Below the pieces are notes generated by a model, which worked only from the letters and a program-made list of their open reading frames with translations, did no database searches and was not told the origin of the DNA. A stretch of 64,000 nucleotides of DNA, taken from IMG/VR virus record IMGVR_UViG_3300031133_000383, positions 122,635 to 186,634 of that record; one strand, 5' to 3'. The stretch comes from a virus (lineage: Duplodnaviria > Heunggongvirae > Uroviricota > Caudoviricetes). Within the stretch, counting starts at the first letter, position 1, and every line of letters starts with the position of its first letter. Below, in pieces: positions 29,495 through 38,554 of this stretch. A program made the position numbers and the translations under genes.

Positions 29495-30061
29495 ATGTCT
29501 ATACTCAAAAATTACACGCCTAATTATTTCTGTAGTCAATCTCAACTTGAAAACATTATTGCTATAATTCAAAAAGTAATAAACATTACCATTGATAGTG
29601 TAGAGTTTTCTTCAAAATCAAAACTGACTTTTTATTATGGGTCTAATTTTTTTGTAGGTGATCTCAGCTATGACCTTGATCGCCTTTGTCCTAAAGTATC
29701 ATTTTCGAAATATGCCCTTCAAGATTTAATGTTTATTAAAAATTGTGACGATCTTATTAAAAAAGCTCGTGAAAAAATTGAATTGCTGTATTCAAATAAA
29801 CATTATTCCTTTTCGGCCAGAACCAGTCTTTCTTTTAATTTTTATGAACAGGACTTTGAAGGTGTCTATTATGTGTTTAGTTCAGAAGAGTTTAAAAGAT
29901 TTGTATTTACACCGTCAGATCTTGTACCACAGTCTAATTGCTTCTTAAAATTTTTATGCTATAAAGTGGTTTATGATAAGGTAGTTGAGATTGATAACTA
30001 TGAAGATATTTATAAAAATATTGATCAATTGATTAAAGTTCAAGAAATGATTGACACGTAA
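29495..30061 (+). CDS. hypothetical protein, C-terminal MxxPhi motif family
   Basis: AGGAG SD; ends LIKVQEMIDT. Confidence 0.8.
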   Translation: MSILKNYTPNYFCSQSQLENIIAIIQKVINITIDSVEFSSKSKLTFYYGSNFFVGDLSYDLDRLCPKVSFSKYALQDLMFIKNCDDLIKKAREKIELLYSNKHYSFSARTSLSFNFYEQDFEGVYYVFSSEEFKRFVFTPSDLVPQSNCFLKFLCYKVVYDKVVEIDNYEDIYKNIDQLIKVQEMIDT

Positions 30062-30079
30062 TATTATTTAAGATAACAA

Positions 30080-30108
30080 TTGCCATTAAAATTAAATTAG
30101 AGTATAAT
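30080..30108 (+). promoter_or_regulatory. sigma70 promoter
   Basis: TTGCCA-N17-TATAAT. Confidence 0.7.
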
Positions 30109-30133
30109 TTCTTTATATTGAGGAATATTTTCT

Positions 30134-30985
30134 ATGAAAAGTAAATGGCTTTTGGATGACTATATGATTGAAACTTCCTATCACGAAGATATTCGTCTTA
30201 TTTTAAAAAAAATGGGATTTGACTATCACGTTGAGAAATATATTCCTTTTGTAAACGAATTACCTCCTATTCCTTTTACTGAAAACGATTGTGTTGTGTT
30301 ATATGGTTCTATCGGTTTCGTCAAACAACAAATCAAATACAATGCTTCAAGACTTATTCCGGGTGCATATCTTCAAGAAAAGACAATGGAATGTCTAGGC
30401 TATATGCCATTTATGGATCAACCAGAGCTTTTAGCCAATCATAATCATGTATTTACCACTTTTAAAGACCTTATTTATCGAAAAGATTTCTTTTATGACA
30501 TTTTTAATACGAACAAGATTTTTATTCGACCTAACTGTGGACTGAAGACTTTCACTGGATTGCCTATTCATGTTGATGACTTTAATAGTGAAATTAATAG
30601 TTTGAATAAATTGACATCTGTTATTGATAATACTCTAATTTTGGTATCAAATTGCAAAAGTATCACTCATGAATATAGATTTTTTATTGTAAATAGAGAA
30701 GTTGTTACAGGTTCACAATATAAATTAAATGATGAATTAAATATTCAAAAAGGCTATTCTGACGAAGCATATCAAGTTGCTAAACAGATGGCTCTAAATA
30801 AATGGCAACCTGATATTGCCTACGCTTGCGACGTTGGTATTGTAAATGGGATTCCTAAGATTATTGAATTAAATTCATTTTCTTGTTCTGGATTTTATGC
30901 CTGCGACATTATGAATCTTATTAATGCTATTGATCATGTCGCTGTTATGGAATACAATGGTGATATGTCAATCGGAGATATTTAA
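30134..30985 (+). CDS. ATP-grasp protein (R2K/DUF4343-like)
   Basis: FIRP..GLKTFTG, EYRFFIV...VVTGSQY, YACDV, IIELNSFSCSGFYACD. Confidence 0.8.
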   Translation: MKSKWLLDDYMIETSYHEDIRLILKKMGFDYHVEKYIPFVNELPPIPFTENDCVVLYGSIGFVKQQIKYNASRLIPGAYLQEKTMECLGYMPFMDQPELLANHNHVFTTFKDLIYRKDFFYDIFNTNKIFIRPNCGLKTFTGLPIHVDDFNSEINSLNKLTSVIDNTLILVSNCKSITHEYRFFIVNREVVTGSQYKLNDELNIQKGYSDEAYQVAKQMALNKWQPDIAYACDVGIVNGIPKIIELNSFSCSGFYACDIMNLINAIDHVAVMEYNGDMSIGDI

Positions 30986-31179
30986 TGAGAGACTATTCTA
31001 AATTTGCGATTGTCATAATGTTGTATGGATCTACATTAATCGTTACATTCTTTATGTTGTTAGTACTAAAGGTTACAGTTTTTACCACTGCTTTACTATA
31101 CTCTGCTTTTAATCAAGTTTTAATGTTTTCAAAGAAATATAAAAGTTATAAAAAGAAACATATTAATCCCAATTATTGA
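30985..31179 (+). CDS. small membrane protein
   Basis: GGAG SD, start overlaps upstream stop; two hydrophobic stretches. Confidence 0.6.
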   Translation: MRDYSKFAIVIMLYGSTLIVTFFMLLVLKVTVFTTALLYSAFNQVLMFSKKYKSYKKKHINPNY

Positions 31180-31281
31180 GTTGTACAGTGTATCCCATAG
31201 GTTTTGCATTATTCTCGTGTTCTTTCTATGGATAATTGAACTGAGTCATTTGTATCATTTTTTGAATAAGGAGTTTTTAAA

Positions 31282-31653
31282 ATGAAAAACAAAACATATT
31301 ACCTTGGCAAAATGACGTATCACAAGAGAAGCACACAATTTGAATTGCCTTACATTATTGAGGAAAATATAGATAATTTCTCTTTTCTTAAAAATTATGA
31401 AGTCTTTCAGGAAAAAATATCTCACCTGAGTGTTTTTGACGCTTATCTTATTCGTCATGATGAAACAGGAACGGGTGGATTTAATCTTTTTTTCAAATCC
31501 ATTGCATTCAATAAAATGTATTTTATTCAAGTAACAAAAGAGTTTTCTGCTTGCATAGAAAAATCAGAATTAATCAGCAACTTTGTAGGAGATAAAAAAG
31601 ATTTTCTTTTTGAATTCCGAAAAGTTCATGACTTTCAAGTTATAAGTGGTTGA
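31282..31653 (+). CDS. hypothetical protein
   Basis: AAGGAG SD; 123 aa. Confidence 0.7.
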   Translation: MKNKTYYLGKMTYHKRSTQFELPYIIEENIDNFSFLKNYEVFQEKISHLSVFDAYLIRHDETGTGGFNLFFKSIAFNKMYFIQVTKEFSACIEKSELISNFVGDKKDFLFEFRKVHDFQVISG

Positions 31654-31703
31654 TTTATAAGCAATAATAAAATATAAAAAGTGCAAGTTTTTTTCAAAAA
31701 AGC

Positions 31704-31732
31704 TTGCTTTTTTTTGTCCTTTTTTGTATAAT
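31704..31732 (+). promoter_or_regulatory. sigma70 promoter
   Basis: TTGCTT-N17-TATAAT. Confidence 0.7.
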
Positions 31733-31770
31733 TACATGGTCGAATTAACTTGTGAATATGAGGAAAAATC

Positions 31771-33033
31771 ATGATTTTAGACGAAAACATGCTTAAACTT
31801 TATGCAAAAAATGGTTTCAATGTCTTGTTGACCGGTCGTCCGGGTGTTGGCAAGACAGAAATTATTAAAAGTGTCTTTTCTGATACGTTCGGAGAAGATA
31901 AATGGGCTTATTTTTCAGCAGCTACAATGGATGCTTGGGTAGACTTTGTAGGTGTTCCAAAAGCTGTTAAACGCGGAGATAAAGAAGTCCTAGAGCTAAT
32001 TCGTCCTGCACGTTTCGCTGATGATGATGTACAAGCTATTTTCTTTGATGAATTTAACCGTGCTCCTGCTAAAGTACGTAACGCCGTGATGGAGCTTATT
32101 CAATTTAAATCTATTAATGGACGCAAGTTTAATAATCTTAAAGTTATTTGGGCCGCAATTAATCCATTTGATGATGAAGGAACATATGATGTTGAAAAAC
32201 TTGATCCGGCACAGCTTGATCGTTTTCAAATCCAGATTGAAGTACCCTATAAGCTTGACCGTAGTTATTTGAAAAAGAAGTATGGTTCACTTTCTACACC
32301 GTTTGCAGAATGGTGGTTGTCACTTAAAGAAGAACTTCGTTATAAAGTTTCTCCACGACGTTTGGAAGATGCTATTCGAGTACATAATGTAAGAGGCAAC
32401 TTGGAACATGTTTTGTTGAAAGAAACTAATATTATAGATCTTCGTAATCGTATTGCAAATCTTTCATTGGATGATGAATGGAAAGATGTGTTGGATATGA
32501 ATGCCAGTGAACGTACCACTTTCTTTCATAACATTGGAAATGTAAGTAAATTTGAATCTTTTATTATGAAAAATTTTAAAAATTTTGTTGCTTATATTCC
32601 ACATGACTATTTGATTAGTCAATTAGAAACCAAGCAATTGTCATGGGTTGATGCTTCTTTGGATGTCATTGATTCTATTCCAAAAGAAGTAGTTGCCACT
32701 ATGGAGAAAAGTCATAAGTGTGGTTTTTCCGATGCTCTCAAATCACTGAAAGGTGGGCTTCCTAATGGTATGAAATTGGATTTGAAAGGTAAAAATATTG
32801 TGATCACAGGCACCTTTCAGAAACGTTATAAAGATGGCGTATTGAATAGGCAGGAAGTTGAAAGTTTGCTGATTAGAATCGGAGCGACTGTTCAAAAAAG
32901 TGTTAATGGACAAACTGATGTGTTAATCAACTCTGACCCTGATACAGGCACTGTCAAATATCGAAATGCAGTTAAATTTGGCATTCGAATTATAACCGAA
33001 GATGAATTCCATTTGGCTTATGGCTCATTCTAA
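31771..33033 (+). CDS. MoxR-like (AAA_5) ATPase with C-terminal BRCT domain
   Basis: Walker A GRPGVGKT, Walker B IFFDE, QLDRF; GKNIVITGTF..RQEVESLLIRIGATVQKSV..TDVLI..KYRNAVKFGIRIITEDEF is a DNA-ligase-type BRCT. Confidence 0.85.
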   Translation: MILDENMLKLYAKNGFNVLLTGRPGVGKTEIIKSVFSDTFGEDKWAYFSAATMDAWVDFVGVPKAVKRGDKEVLELIRPARFADDDVQAIFFDEFNRAPAKVRNAVMELIQFKSINGRKFNNLKVIWAAINPFDDEGTYDVEKLDPAQLDRFQIQIEVPYKLDRSYLKKKYGSLSTPFAEWWLSLKEELRYKVSPRRLEDAIRVHNVRGNLEHVLLKETNIIDLRNRIANLSLDDEWKDVLDMNASERTTFFHNIGNVSKFESFIMKNFKNFVAYIPHDYLISQLETKQLSWVDASLDVIDSIPKEVVATMEKSHKCGFSDALKSLKGGLPNGMKLDLKGKNIVITGTFQKRYKDGVLNRQEVESLLIRIGATVQKSVNGQTDVLINSDPDTGTVKYRNAVKFGIRIITEDEFHLAYGSF

Positions 33034-33042
33034 AAGTGTTTT

Positions 33043-33072
33043 AAAGAAGGTGTCTACTGGCACCTTCTTTAT
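33043..33072 (+). terminator. intrinsic terminator
   Basis: AAAGAAGGTGTC-tact-GGCACCTTCTTT. Confidence 0.75.
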
Positions 33073-33090
33073 TTACTAAAATATAAAATC

Positions 33091-33119
33091 TTTACTTATC
33101 AATCATTTTTTGATATAAT
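33091..33119 (+). promoter_or_regulatory. sigma70 promoter
   Basis: TTTACT-N17-TATAAT. Confidence 0.6.
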
Positions 33120-33143
33120 AATGGACCAATAGAGGACTTTAAA

Positions 33144-34454
33144 TTGAGTATTAAACGTGAATTTTCCTTCGATGAACAAATTGACATGGCAAATCTATTG
33201 TCAAAACATCATTCTATTTTCCAAACTTTCTGGACAATTGGTAAACCTCTATTCACACATTCAATCAAGACAGCCGCTGTTGGTTTTGATCGTCATGGTC
33301 AAGTTATTTATCTTATTTTAAATCCTGATTTTTGGGATTCTTTGGATATTTATAATCAATCTTTTGTGATTGCTCATGAATGTCTTCATGTTATTTTGAA
33401 TCATGGTAAACGTGGTAATGAATATTCAAATCAAAAAGATGTTAACATTGCACAAGACATTGTTATCAATGAAATGTTAGTAAATGGCTTTGGTTTCAAT
33501 AAATTTCAAATCACTGATTGGAGCAAATATTGCTTCGTTGGTACTGTTTTTTCAAGTGAACATATTATCGAACATCAAATTCACACTCGTGGCTCATTCT
33601 GCTATTATTTAGATTTGATGGCTAAAACTGAAACAAACTCACAACAAGATACAATGGATCAACATCCTTCTGATGGTAATCTTGGAGAACTCGACCCTTC
33701 TATTCAAGACTATATTGATCAAGTTGCCCAATTTGGAAATGAAGCTGCACAAGCAGTCAAAGAAGAAATTGATCATGTATTAAGTGATAGAGAAAAACAT
33801 GACCTAGCTCAAAAGATGTCAGAAGAAATTAATGATGCTAAAAATAAAATGGCTGGCACTATTCCTTTGGGGGACTATATCAGTATTAATCCTAATCCAC
33901 CTAAAAAGAAAAAGAAATGGGAGGAAATTGTTAAGAAACATTTGAGATCTGTTATGAAATATGAAACAGTACAAAAACCATCTTGGATAGGTCGGGATCG
34001 CCGCCATGCGTGTTTGTCAGAGGAATTAATGGCACAAGGTCATTGGAATCAGGAAGTGCCTGTTAAATCAAAATATAAGATTGTCTTCTTTTTAGATTCA
34101 TCCGGTTCCTGTTTGAATTATGCAAAACGTTTTGTTAAAATGCTTCAAAGCATTCCCGATGATACTTTTGATATTGAAGCCTATGCATTTGACTGTAATT
34201 TGTACCCTATTGACCTAAAAACAGGGTATGTTCGTGGTGGGGGTGGTACATATTTTACAATTTTGGATAAAAAAATTAGGGAGATTACACAAAAGAAACG
34301 CCATCCTGATGCCATTTTTGTATTGTCGGATGGTGATGGAAATCAATTTTCACCTGAAAAACCCCATTTATGGCACTGGATTTTAACACCTCATCATAAT
34401 ACCCGATTGATTCCACAAGATTCGCCAAAACATGATATGAAAAATTTTGAATAA
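33144..34454 (+). CDS. DUF2201 protein: HExxH metallopeptidase-like + vWA domain
   Basis: AHECLHVILNH; MIDAS LDSSGS, GGGGT, LSDGD; TTG start with GAGGA SD. Confidence 0.85.
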   Translation: MSIKREFSFDEQIDMANLLSKHHSIFQTFWTIGKPLFTHSIKTAAVGFDRHGQVIYLILNPDFWDSLDIYNQSFVIAHECLHVILNHGKRGNEYSNQKDVNIAQDIVINEMLVNGFGFNKFQITDWSKYCFVGTVFSSEHIIEHQIHTRGSFCYYLDLMAKTETNSQQDTMDQHPSDGNLGELDPSIQDYIDQVAQFGNEAAQAVKEEIDHVLSDREKHDLAQKMSEEINDAKNKMAGTIPLGDYISINPNPPKKKKKWEEIVKKHLRSVMKYETVQKPSWIGRDRRHACLSEELMAQGHWNQEVPVKSKYKIVFFLDSSGSCLNYAKRFVKMLQSIPDDTFDIEAYAFDCNLYPIDLKTGYVRGGGGTYFTILDKKIREITQKKRHPDAIFVLSDGDGNQFSPEKPHLWHWILTPHHNTRLIPQDSPKHDMKNFE

Positions 34455-34464
34455 GAGGCTGCAT

Positions 34465-35049
34465 ATGAGTAACGAACTGGTAGTTGAATTGCAACAAAAA
34501 ATGTTATCTGATATTTTCAGTGAACTTGAAAAAGATAATACTCAATTTATTTTAGACGGTTCTTCTTTTTTTTGTTCAAAAGTCTTAATTGACAAAAATT
34601 CTATATATTTTAATAAAATTTCATTTGAAAATTTGGATACTAACTATTTGAGTATATCTGATAAACCTGATTTTGATTTTATGATCTCTGTAAAACAATT
34701 ACATGCTGCCCCTTCCACTATCCTTTATTTTGAAATATTGAAATCAAAAGAGTCATTTGATTTCGAATGTTATCGAGATTTAGTCATAAAGGCTTTAGGA
34801 AGCTTTATAAATAAAGGTTTATTACAAACTATTACTTTTAAAAATGAAAAGACTATTTCTTATTATGTTACACCTACTCATATTTATGCAACTGATCCAT
34901 TGTACTTTCCTTTTGGTCAAGCATTGCCATCTGAGATCGCTCAATTCTCTTATAAGTACCATGTCAAAAAAATTATTGATGATATTGACATTAGCTTATT
35001 TTTTTACATGCTTGAAAATGCAGAAATGGATGTTACAAATCCAACTTAA
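34465..35049 (+). CDS. hypothetical protein, possible extended MxxPhi variant
   Basis: GAGG SD before ATG 34465; ends YMLENAEMDVTNPT. Confidence 0.7.
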   Translation: MSNELVVELQQKMLSDIFSELEKDNTQFILDGSSFFCSKVLIDKNSIYFNKISFENLDTNYLSISDKPDFDFMISVKQLHAAPSTILYFEILKSKESFDFECYRDLVIKALGSFINKGLLQTITFKNEKTISYYVTPTHIYATDPLYFPFGQALPSEIAQFSYKYHVKKIIDDIDISLFFYMLENAEMDVTNPT

Positions 35050-35062
35050 ATTGTTTGGAAGT

Positions 35063-35085
35063 AAAGCCTTCGAAAAGGCTTTTTA
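35063..35085. terminator. bidirectional intrinsic terminator
   Basis: AAAGCCTT-cgaa-AAGGCTTT. Confidence 0.7.
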
Positions 35086-35466
35086 TTGATTAATCATTTG
35101 GTTTCTTTTTCTAGCTTGTTTAAAGATAATTAATTTTATAACTTCTATTGATACTGTTAAAAACATAGCAATCGTTAAAGCCATGCTTTGTAATAATATA
35201 GGCAAAATGGTAAGACCTATTAAAGTTAACCAAAAAAAAACTTTTAGAAACATTATCTTTTTTGTTTTCACTGTTTTGCTTGCTTGTCTCAACAAATCAT
35301 TCATTCTATTTTCATTAGTAGTGATTTCTTTAAAATATATAACATTCATTACAAGGTTAATAGCAAATAAAGAATAGAATATTATATATACAATAACATT
35401 ACCTTGATCAAAAAAAACCCCAGCCAAACACAGCATCATTATTTCTAATCTATATTTTAAAATCAT
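35083..35466 (-). CDS. membrane protein (3-4 TM)
   Basis: AGGAG SD; hydrophobic segments. Confidence 0.7.
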   Translation of the reverse strand: MILKYRLEIMMLCLAGVFFDQGNVIVYIIFYSLFAINLVMNVIYFKEITTNENRMNDLLRQASKTVKTKKIMFLKVFFWLTLIGLTILPILLQSMALTIAMFLTVSIEVIKLIIFKQARKRNQMINQ

Positions 35467-35553
35467 AACAACTCCTTTCTCGATTAAACCAATAAAATGG
35501 TTGATTTTATTATATTCTAATATATAATATATCTTGTTTATAGGAGAAGTAAA

Positions 35554-35787
35554 ATGAGCACGAACCTAGTACTTGAAAATGATGATATTTTTTGTGGTGA
35601 TACATTTGTAATGACAGTAGACCGTTTTGATACTATTGATATTACAGTAAAGGAAGGAAGATTATATATTAATAATACGTTTGTTAAAGAATTCGCTGAC
35701 AGTGAAACTGCAAGTGGTGCTATTGAGGAACTTATTTCATCATTGAAAACTGAAAGTTTAGACTATGACATTTATATTGCTGCCTAA
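35554..35787 (+). CDS. small acidic protein ending YIAA
   Basis: AGGAG SD; 77 aa. Confidence 0.75.
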   Translation: MSTNLVLENDDIFCGDTFVMTVDRFDTIDITVKEGRLYINNTFVKEFADSETASGAIEELISSLKTESLDYDIYIAA

Positions 35788-35793
35788 ATTATT

Positions 35794-36213
35794 TTAGAAT
35801 GATGCAGCATTTAAATTAATCCATTTGAGTGCTGAATCATTTTCACATTTGCATTCATCTTGTTTTTTCTTCAAAAAATCTTTTATTTGACAGACTTGCA
35901 ATGTCATTTTAACTTGAAATTCATCGCAACTTGATAAAAATTCTACTGATATTTCGTAGCCTTTCGGGGTTTTTATTGATTCTATTACTTTTGCATTGCC
36001 TGAAAATTTTAGCTCATCTACATTTATTTGTATGTTAATTTTTTGATTTCTTTGAAAGGTTTGTGGGCTATTAAAGGTTAAACCATGACAACTTGCTTGC
36101 TGACAAGGGCTTATGTCTTTCGAGTCAATTATTTTTTCTATAGTCAATGGAATACTGTCTGGATGTACTATAAATTTTCTTTCATTAATAAAGCTATGAT
36201 CTAAATTCGACAT
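35794..36213 (-). CDS. PilZ-domain protein with degenerate c-di-GMP motifs
   Basis: ERKFIVHP, HGLTFNSP, KMTLQVCQIK, ALKWI resemble recalled Pseudomonas stand-alone PilZ-domain proteins. Confidence 0.7.
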   Translation of the reverse strand: MSNLDHSFINERKFIVHPDSIPLTIEKIIDSKDISPCQQASCHGLTFNSPQTFQRNQKINIQINVDELKFSGNAKVIESIKTPKGYEISVEFLSSCDEFQVKMTLQVCQIKDFLKKKQDECKCENDSALKWINLNAASF

Positions 36214-36278
36214 GTTAATCTCCTTATATATGAATGCTTTCTAGTATTATTGTACCATGTTTTTTTGTTCCTACAAAA

Positions 36279-36461
36279 TCATATGGCTTCCAGAAAGATC
36301 CTTTCCTTGCATTCTTTATATTCACTTTTCAGTAAACTGCAGCATTTTTTGCAGCTTTCATCAATATTATTACTTTTGATGATTTCCCTTACTGTCAAAT
36401 TGTTTGCTACATCACGATTCAAGTCTGATGTCTTATATCCATTGCATAAACAAATATACAT
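36279..36461 (-). CDS. bfd: bacterioferritin-associated ferredoxin (Bfd-like [2Fe-2S])
   Basis: MYICLCNG...CKKC, four Cys in Bfd spacing; AGGAG SD. Confidence 0.75.
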   Translation of the reverse strand: MYICLCNGYKTSDLNRDVANNLTVREIIKSNNIDESCKKCCSLLKSEYKECKERIFLEAI

Positions 36462-36811
36462 TATTTTCTCCCTGAATCATGTAATTTATTTTATGGTACA
36501 TGAAATAAAAAAATAAATCAATAGGCTGTTGATTTTGTTTTCATCACTGTCAGATTGATCATGATTTGGGAAAAACCATACCTAAATATAGTGCGGAAAT
36601 ACCTATCCATAGGCTGAAAAAATGTTGCACTATTTATGTATAGTCGTTTTACTGGACAGTTCCCATTTCTTGATTAATGAAATAATCTGTAGGCTGATAG
36701 TGTCTATAGCCTTTTTATAAGCATTTTTGTATTATTCATTTTGAATTTTACTGATTATTATTCCAATATTTATACAGATTTTAAAAATTTAGAATATTTT
36801 AAAAAAAGAGG

Positions 36812-36841
36812 TTGACGCAGGATGGTGATTAAGCATATACT
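36812..36841 (+). promoter_or_regulatory. promoter P1
   Basis: A-tract, TTGACG-N18-TATACT. Confidence 0.75.
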
Positions 36842-36900
36842 AGGCACCTAGCAACAACAAAAGACTTAAAAAATAAAGTCCAACGAAGTGAAAAAAAAGC

Positions 36901-36930
36901 TTGACGCACGGTTCCTAAATGCAGTATACT
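36901..36930 (+). promoter_or_regulatory. promoter P2
   Basis: A-tract, TTGACG-N18-TATACT. Confidence 0.75.
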
Positions 36931-36999
36931 AGGCACCTAACGAAGACAAAGGACACTTTAATAAAGTCCGATGAAATCACAAAAAGATTAAAAAAAAGC

Positions 37000-37028
37000 T
37001 TGAAGCAAGATAAAAAAATTGATATACT
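37000..37028 (+). promoter_or_regulatory. promoter P3
   Basis: A-tract, TTGAAG-N17-TATACT, then AGGAG SD of 37058. Confidence 0.75.
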
Positions 37029-37057
37029 AACCAAACACACTCGATAGGAGATTCACA

Positions 37058-38323
37058 ATGACTACTACCACCAGCAACATGATTAAAGTTTCACCGAAAG
37101 CCATGCGTAAACATGCTCTTAACTGCATCGCATCCGATACTCCTTTCTTCCTTTGGGGTAATCCGGGTATCGGTAAATCTGAAATCTTGAAGGCTCTCGT
37201 TGAGAAGCTGGGCTACCACTTTGAAGATATTCGTCTGTCTCAAATCGAAAGCGTTGACCTTCGTGGTCTTCCAACTAAACAAGAAGGTGAAAATGGCCAA
37301 GCAACGGTTGCATGGGCAATGCCAGACTTCCTTCGTCGTGCTCGTGAAGCTCGTGCAAATGGTAAGCGTGGTACTGCATTCTTCTTCGACGAATTGAACT
37401 CAGGCTCACCTGCAACTATGGCGGCAGCTTATCAGTTCATTAACGACCGTCGCATTGGTTGCTTCGAACTTCAAGCAGGTGACATTGTGTTTGCTGCTGG
37501 TAACTTGGAATCCGATGGTGGTGTAACCAACTCCATGCCGTTGCCTTTGGCTAACCGTTTCCGTCACTACTGGATGGAAGTTAGTACGCCACAGTGGTTG
37601 GATTATGCTTCTGAGGCTGGCTTGCACCCTTACGTTATCTCTTACTTGTCTATCGGTGCTAACACTGGTAAACTTCAAGATTTCAACGTGGACAAGTTGT
37701 TGGCATCTGACGAGAAAGCGTTTGCTACTCCGCGTTCTTGGAAAATGCTCAGTAAAGGTCTTTATGCTGCATACGGTGGTGGTGTAGAAAAAAGCAAAGG
37801 CTCACAAGGTCTTGATGGTGAGGCGGCTGAATTCAACGTTTACGATGATGAAGACCCTATCAACGAAAACGACATTTCTGTCATCGCTGCATCTTGTGTA
37901 GGCAGTGGTATTGCGGTAGAATTCAGCGGTTTCGTAAAAGAAGGTATGGATTTGCCAAAAGCTCGTGACATTCTTGATGGCAAGAAACAGAATATTGATA
38001 TTAAGAACAAGGCTTCTGCTCAATATTTCATTGCTAACGACTGTTCACATGCCTTGAAAGAAATGAAAGTAAAGGTTGAAAGTATCAAGCAAGAATCAGG
38101 TGATAAATCTGAGCAATTCAAAGATGCTTTGAAAACCTATGTAAAAAGCATGGAGAACTACATTCTCTTTGCAAAAGAATACTTCCAACGTGAATTGTTC
38201 GTATACGGTGTAATTACCGTGATGTTGAAACGCTACAAGGTGGTTCCGCTTCCACAATACATGGACAAAAAAGTCTTTGACTTGCTTGCCACTGAATTCA
38301 ACAAAGCGAAACTGTCAGACTAA
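37058..38323 (+). CDS. MoxR-like (AAA_5) ATPase
   Basis: Walker A GNPGIGKS, Walker B FFFDE, AAGN, LANRF, ATPRSW; GGT/CGT/TTC/AAC-rich codons. Confidence 0.9.
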   Translation: MTTTTSNMIKVSPKAMRKHALNCIASDTPFFLWGNPGIGKSEILKALVEKLGYHFEDIRLSQIESVDLRGLPTKQEGENGQATVAWAMPDFLRRAREARANGKRGTAFFFDELNSGSPATMAAAYQFINDRRIGCFELQAGDIVFAAGNLESDGGVTNSMPLPLANRFRHYWMEVSTPQWLDYASEAGLHPYVISYLSIGANTGKLQDFNVDKLLASDEKAFATPRSWKMLSKGLYAAYGGGVEKSKGSQGLDGEAAEFNVYDDEDPINENDISVIAASCVGSGIAVEFSGFVKEGMDLPKARDILDGKKQNIDIKNKASAQYFIANDCSHALKEMKVKVESIKQESGDKSEQFKDALKTYVKSMENYILFAKEYFQRELFVYGVITVMLKRYKVVPLPQYMDKKVFDLLATEFNKAKLSD

Positions 38324-38354
38324 CACATACGAGTGTGTAATTGGCAAATGCCAC

Positions 38355-38375
38355 GGCCCCGAAAGGGGCTTTTTT
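38355..38375 (+). terminator. intrinsic terminator
   Basis: GGCCCC-gaaa-GGGGCT-TTTTT. Confidence 0.85.
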
Positions 38376-38554
38376 GTTGATTTTCTTAATAATGTTATTA
38401 TTCGTTTAGTAAAAATTTTCGATTGATTGATGAACATCGAGATCTTTACGAAGTTCGGTAAAATATAGTGTTTATTTTAAAATAATCATTGCCTTAGAGA
38501 TATTTTTTTGCTATAATAGCATCACTTAAACAGAATATGAGAGGAAATAAGCAT

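Larger units (their letters stand above)
36801..37028 (+). repeat. three tandem imperfect repeats, each a strong promoter
   Basis: -35 boxes at 36812, 36901, 37000 (periods 89 and 99 bp); TTGACGCA, TATACTAGGCACCTA and AATAAAGTCC shared by units 1-2. Confidence 0.85.

Noticed and set aside
32770-33033. NAD-dependent DNA ligase (ligA)
   Set aside because: Only the BRCT domain is present, in frame with an AAA+ ATPase; no adenylation domain.
35083-35466. Member of the MxxPhi family (ends NQMINQ, Met at -4)
   Set aside because: Basic rather than acidic/hydrophobic context and polar last residue; likely one of the roughly two chance hits.
36480-36760. Protein-like reading frame on the minus strand (KNAYKKAIDTISLQIISLIKKWEL...) and small hairpins in this intergenic gap
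   Set aside because: Needs a frameshift and three stop read-throughs; hairpins are short. At most a decayed gene; no supportable ncRNA call.
36801-37028. CRISPR array or iteron origin
   Set aside because: Only 2-3 imperfect units, and the conserved parts are -35/-10 boxes; no cas or rep gene nearby.
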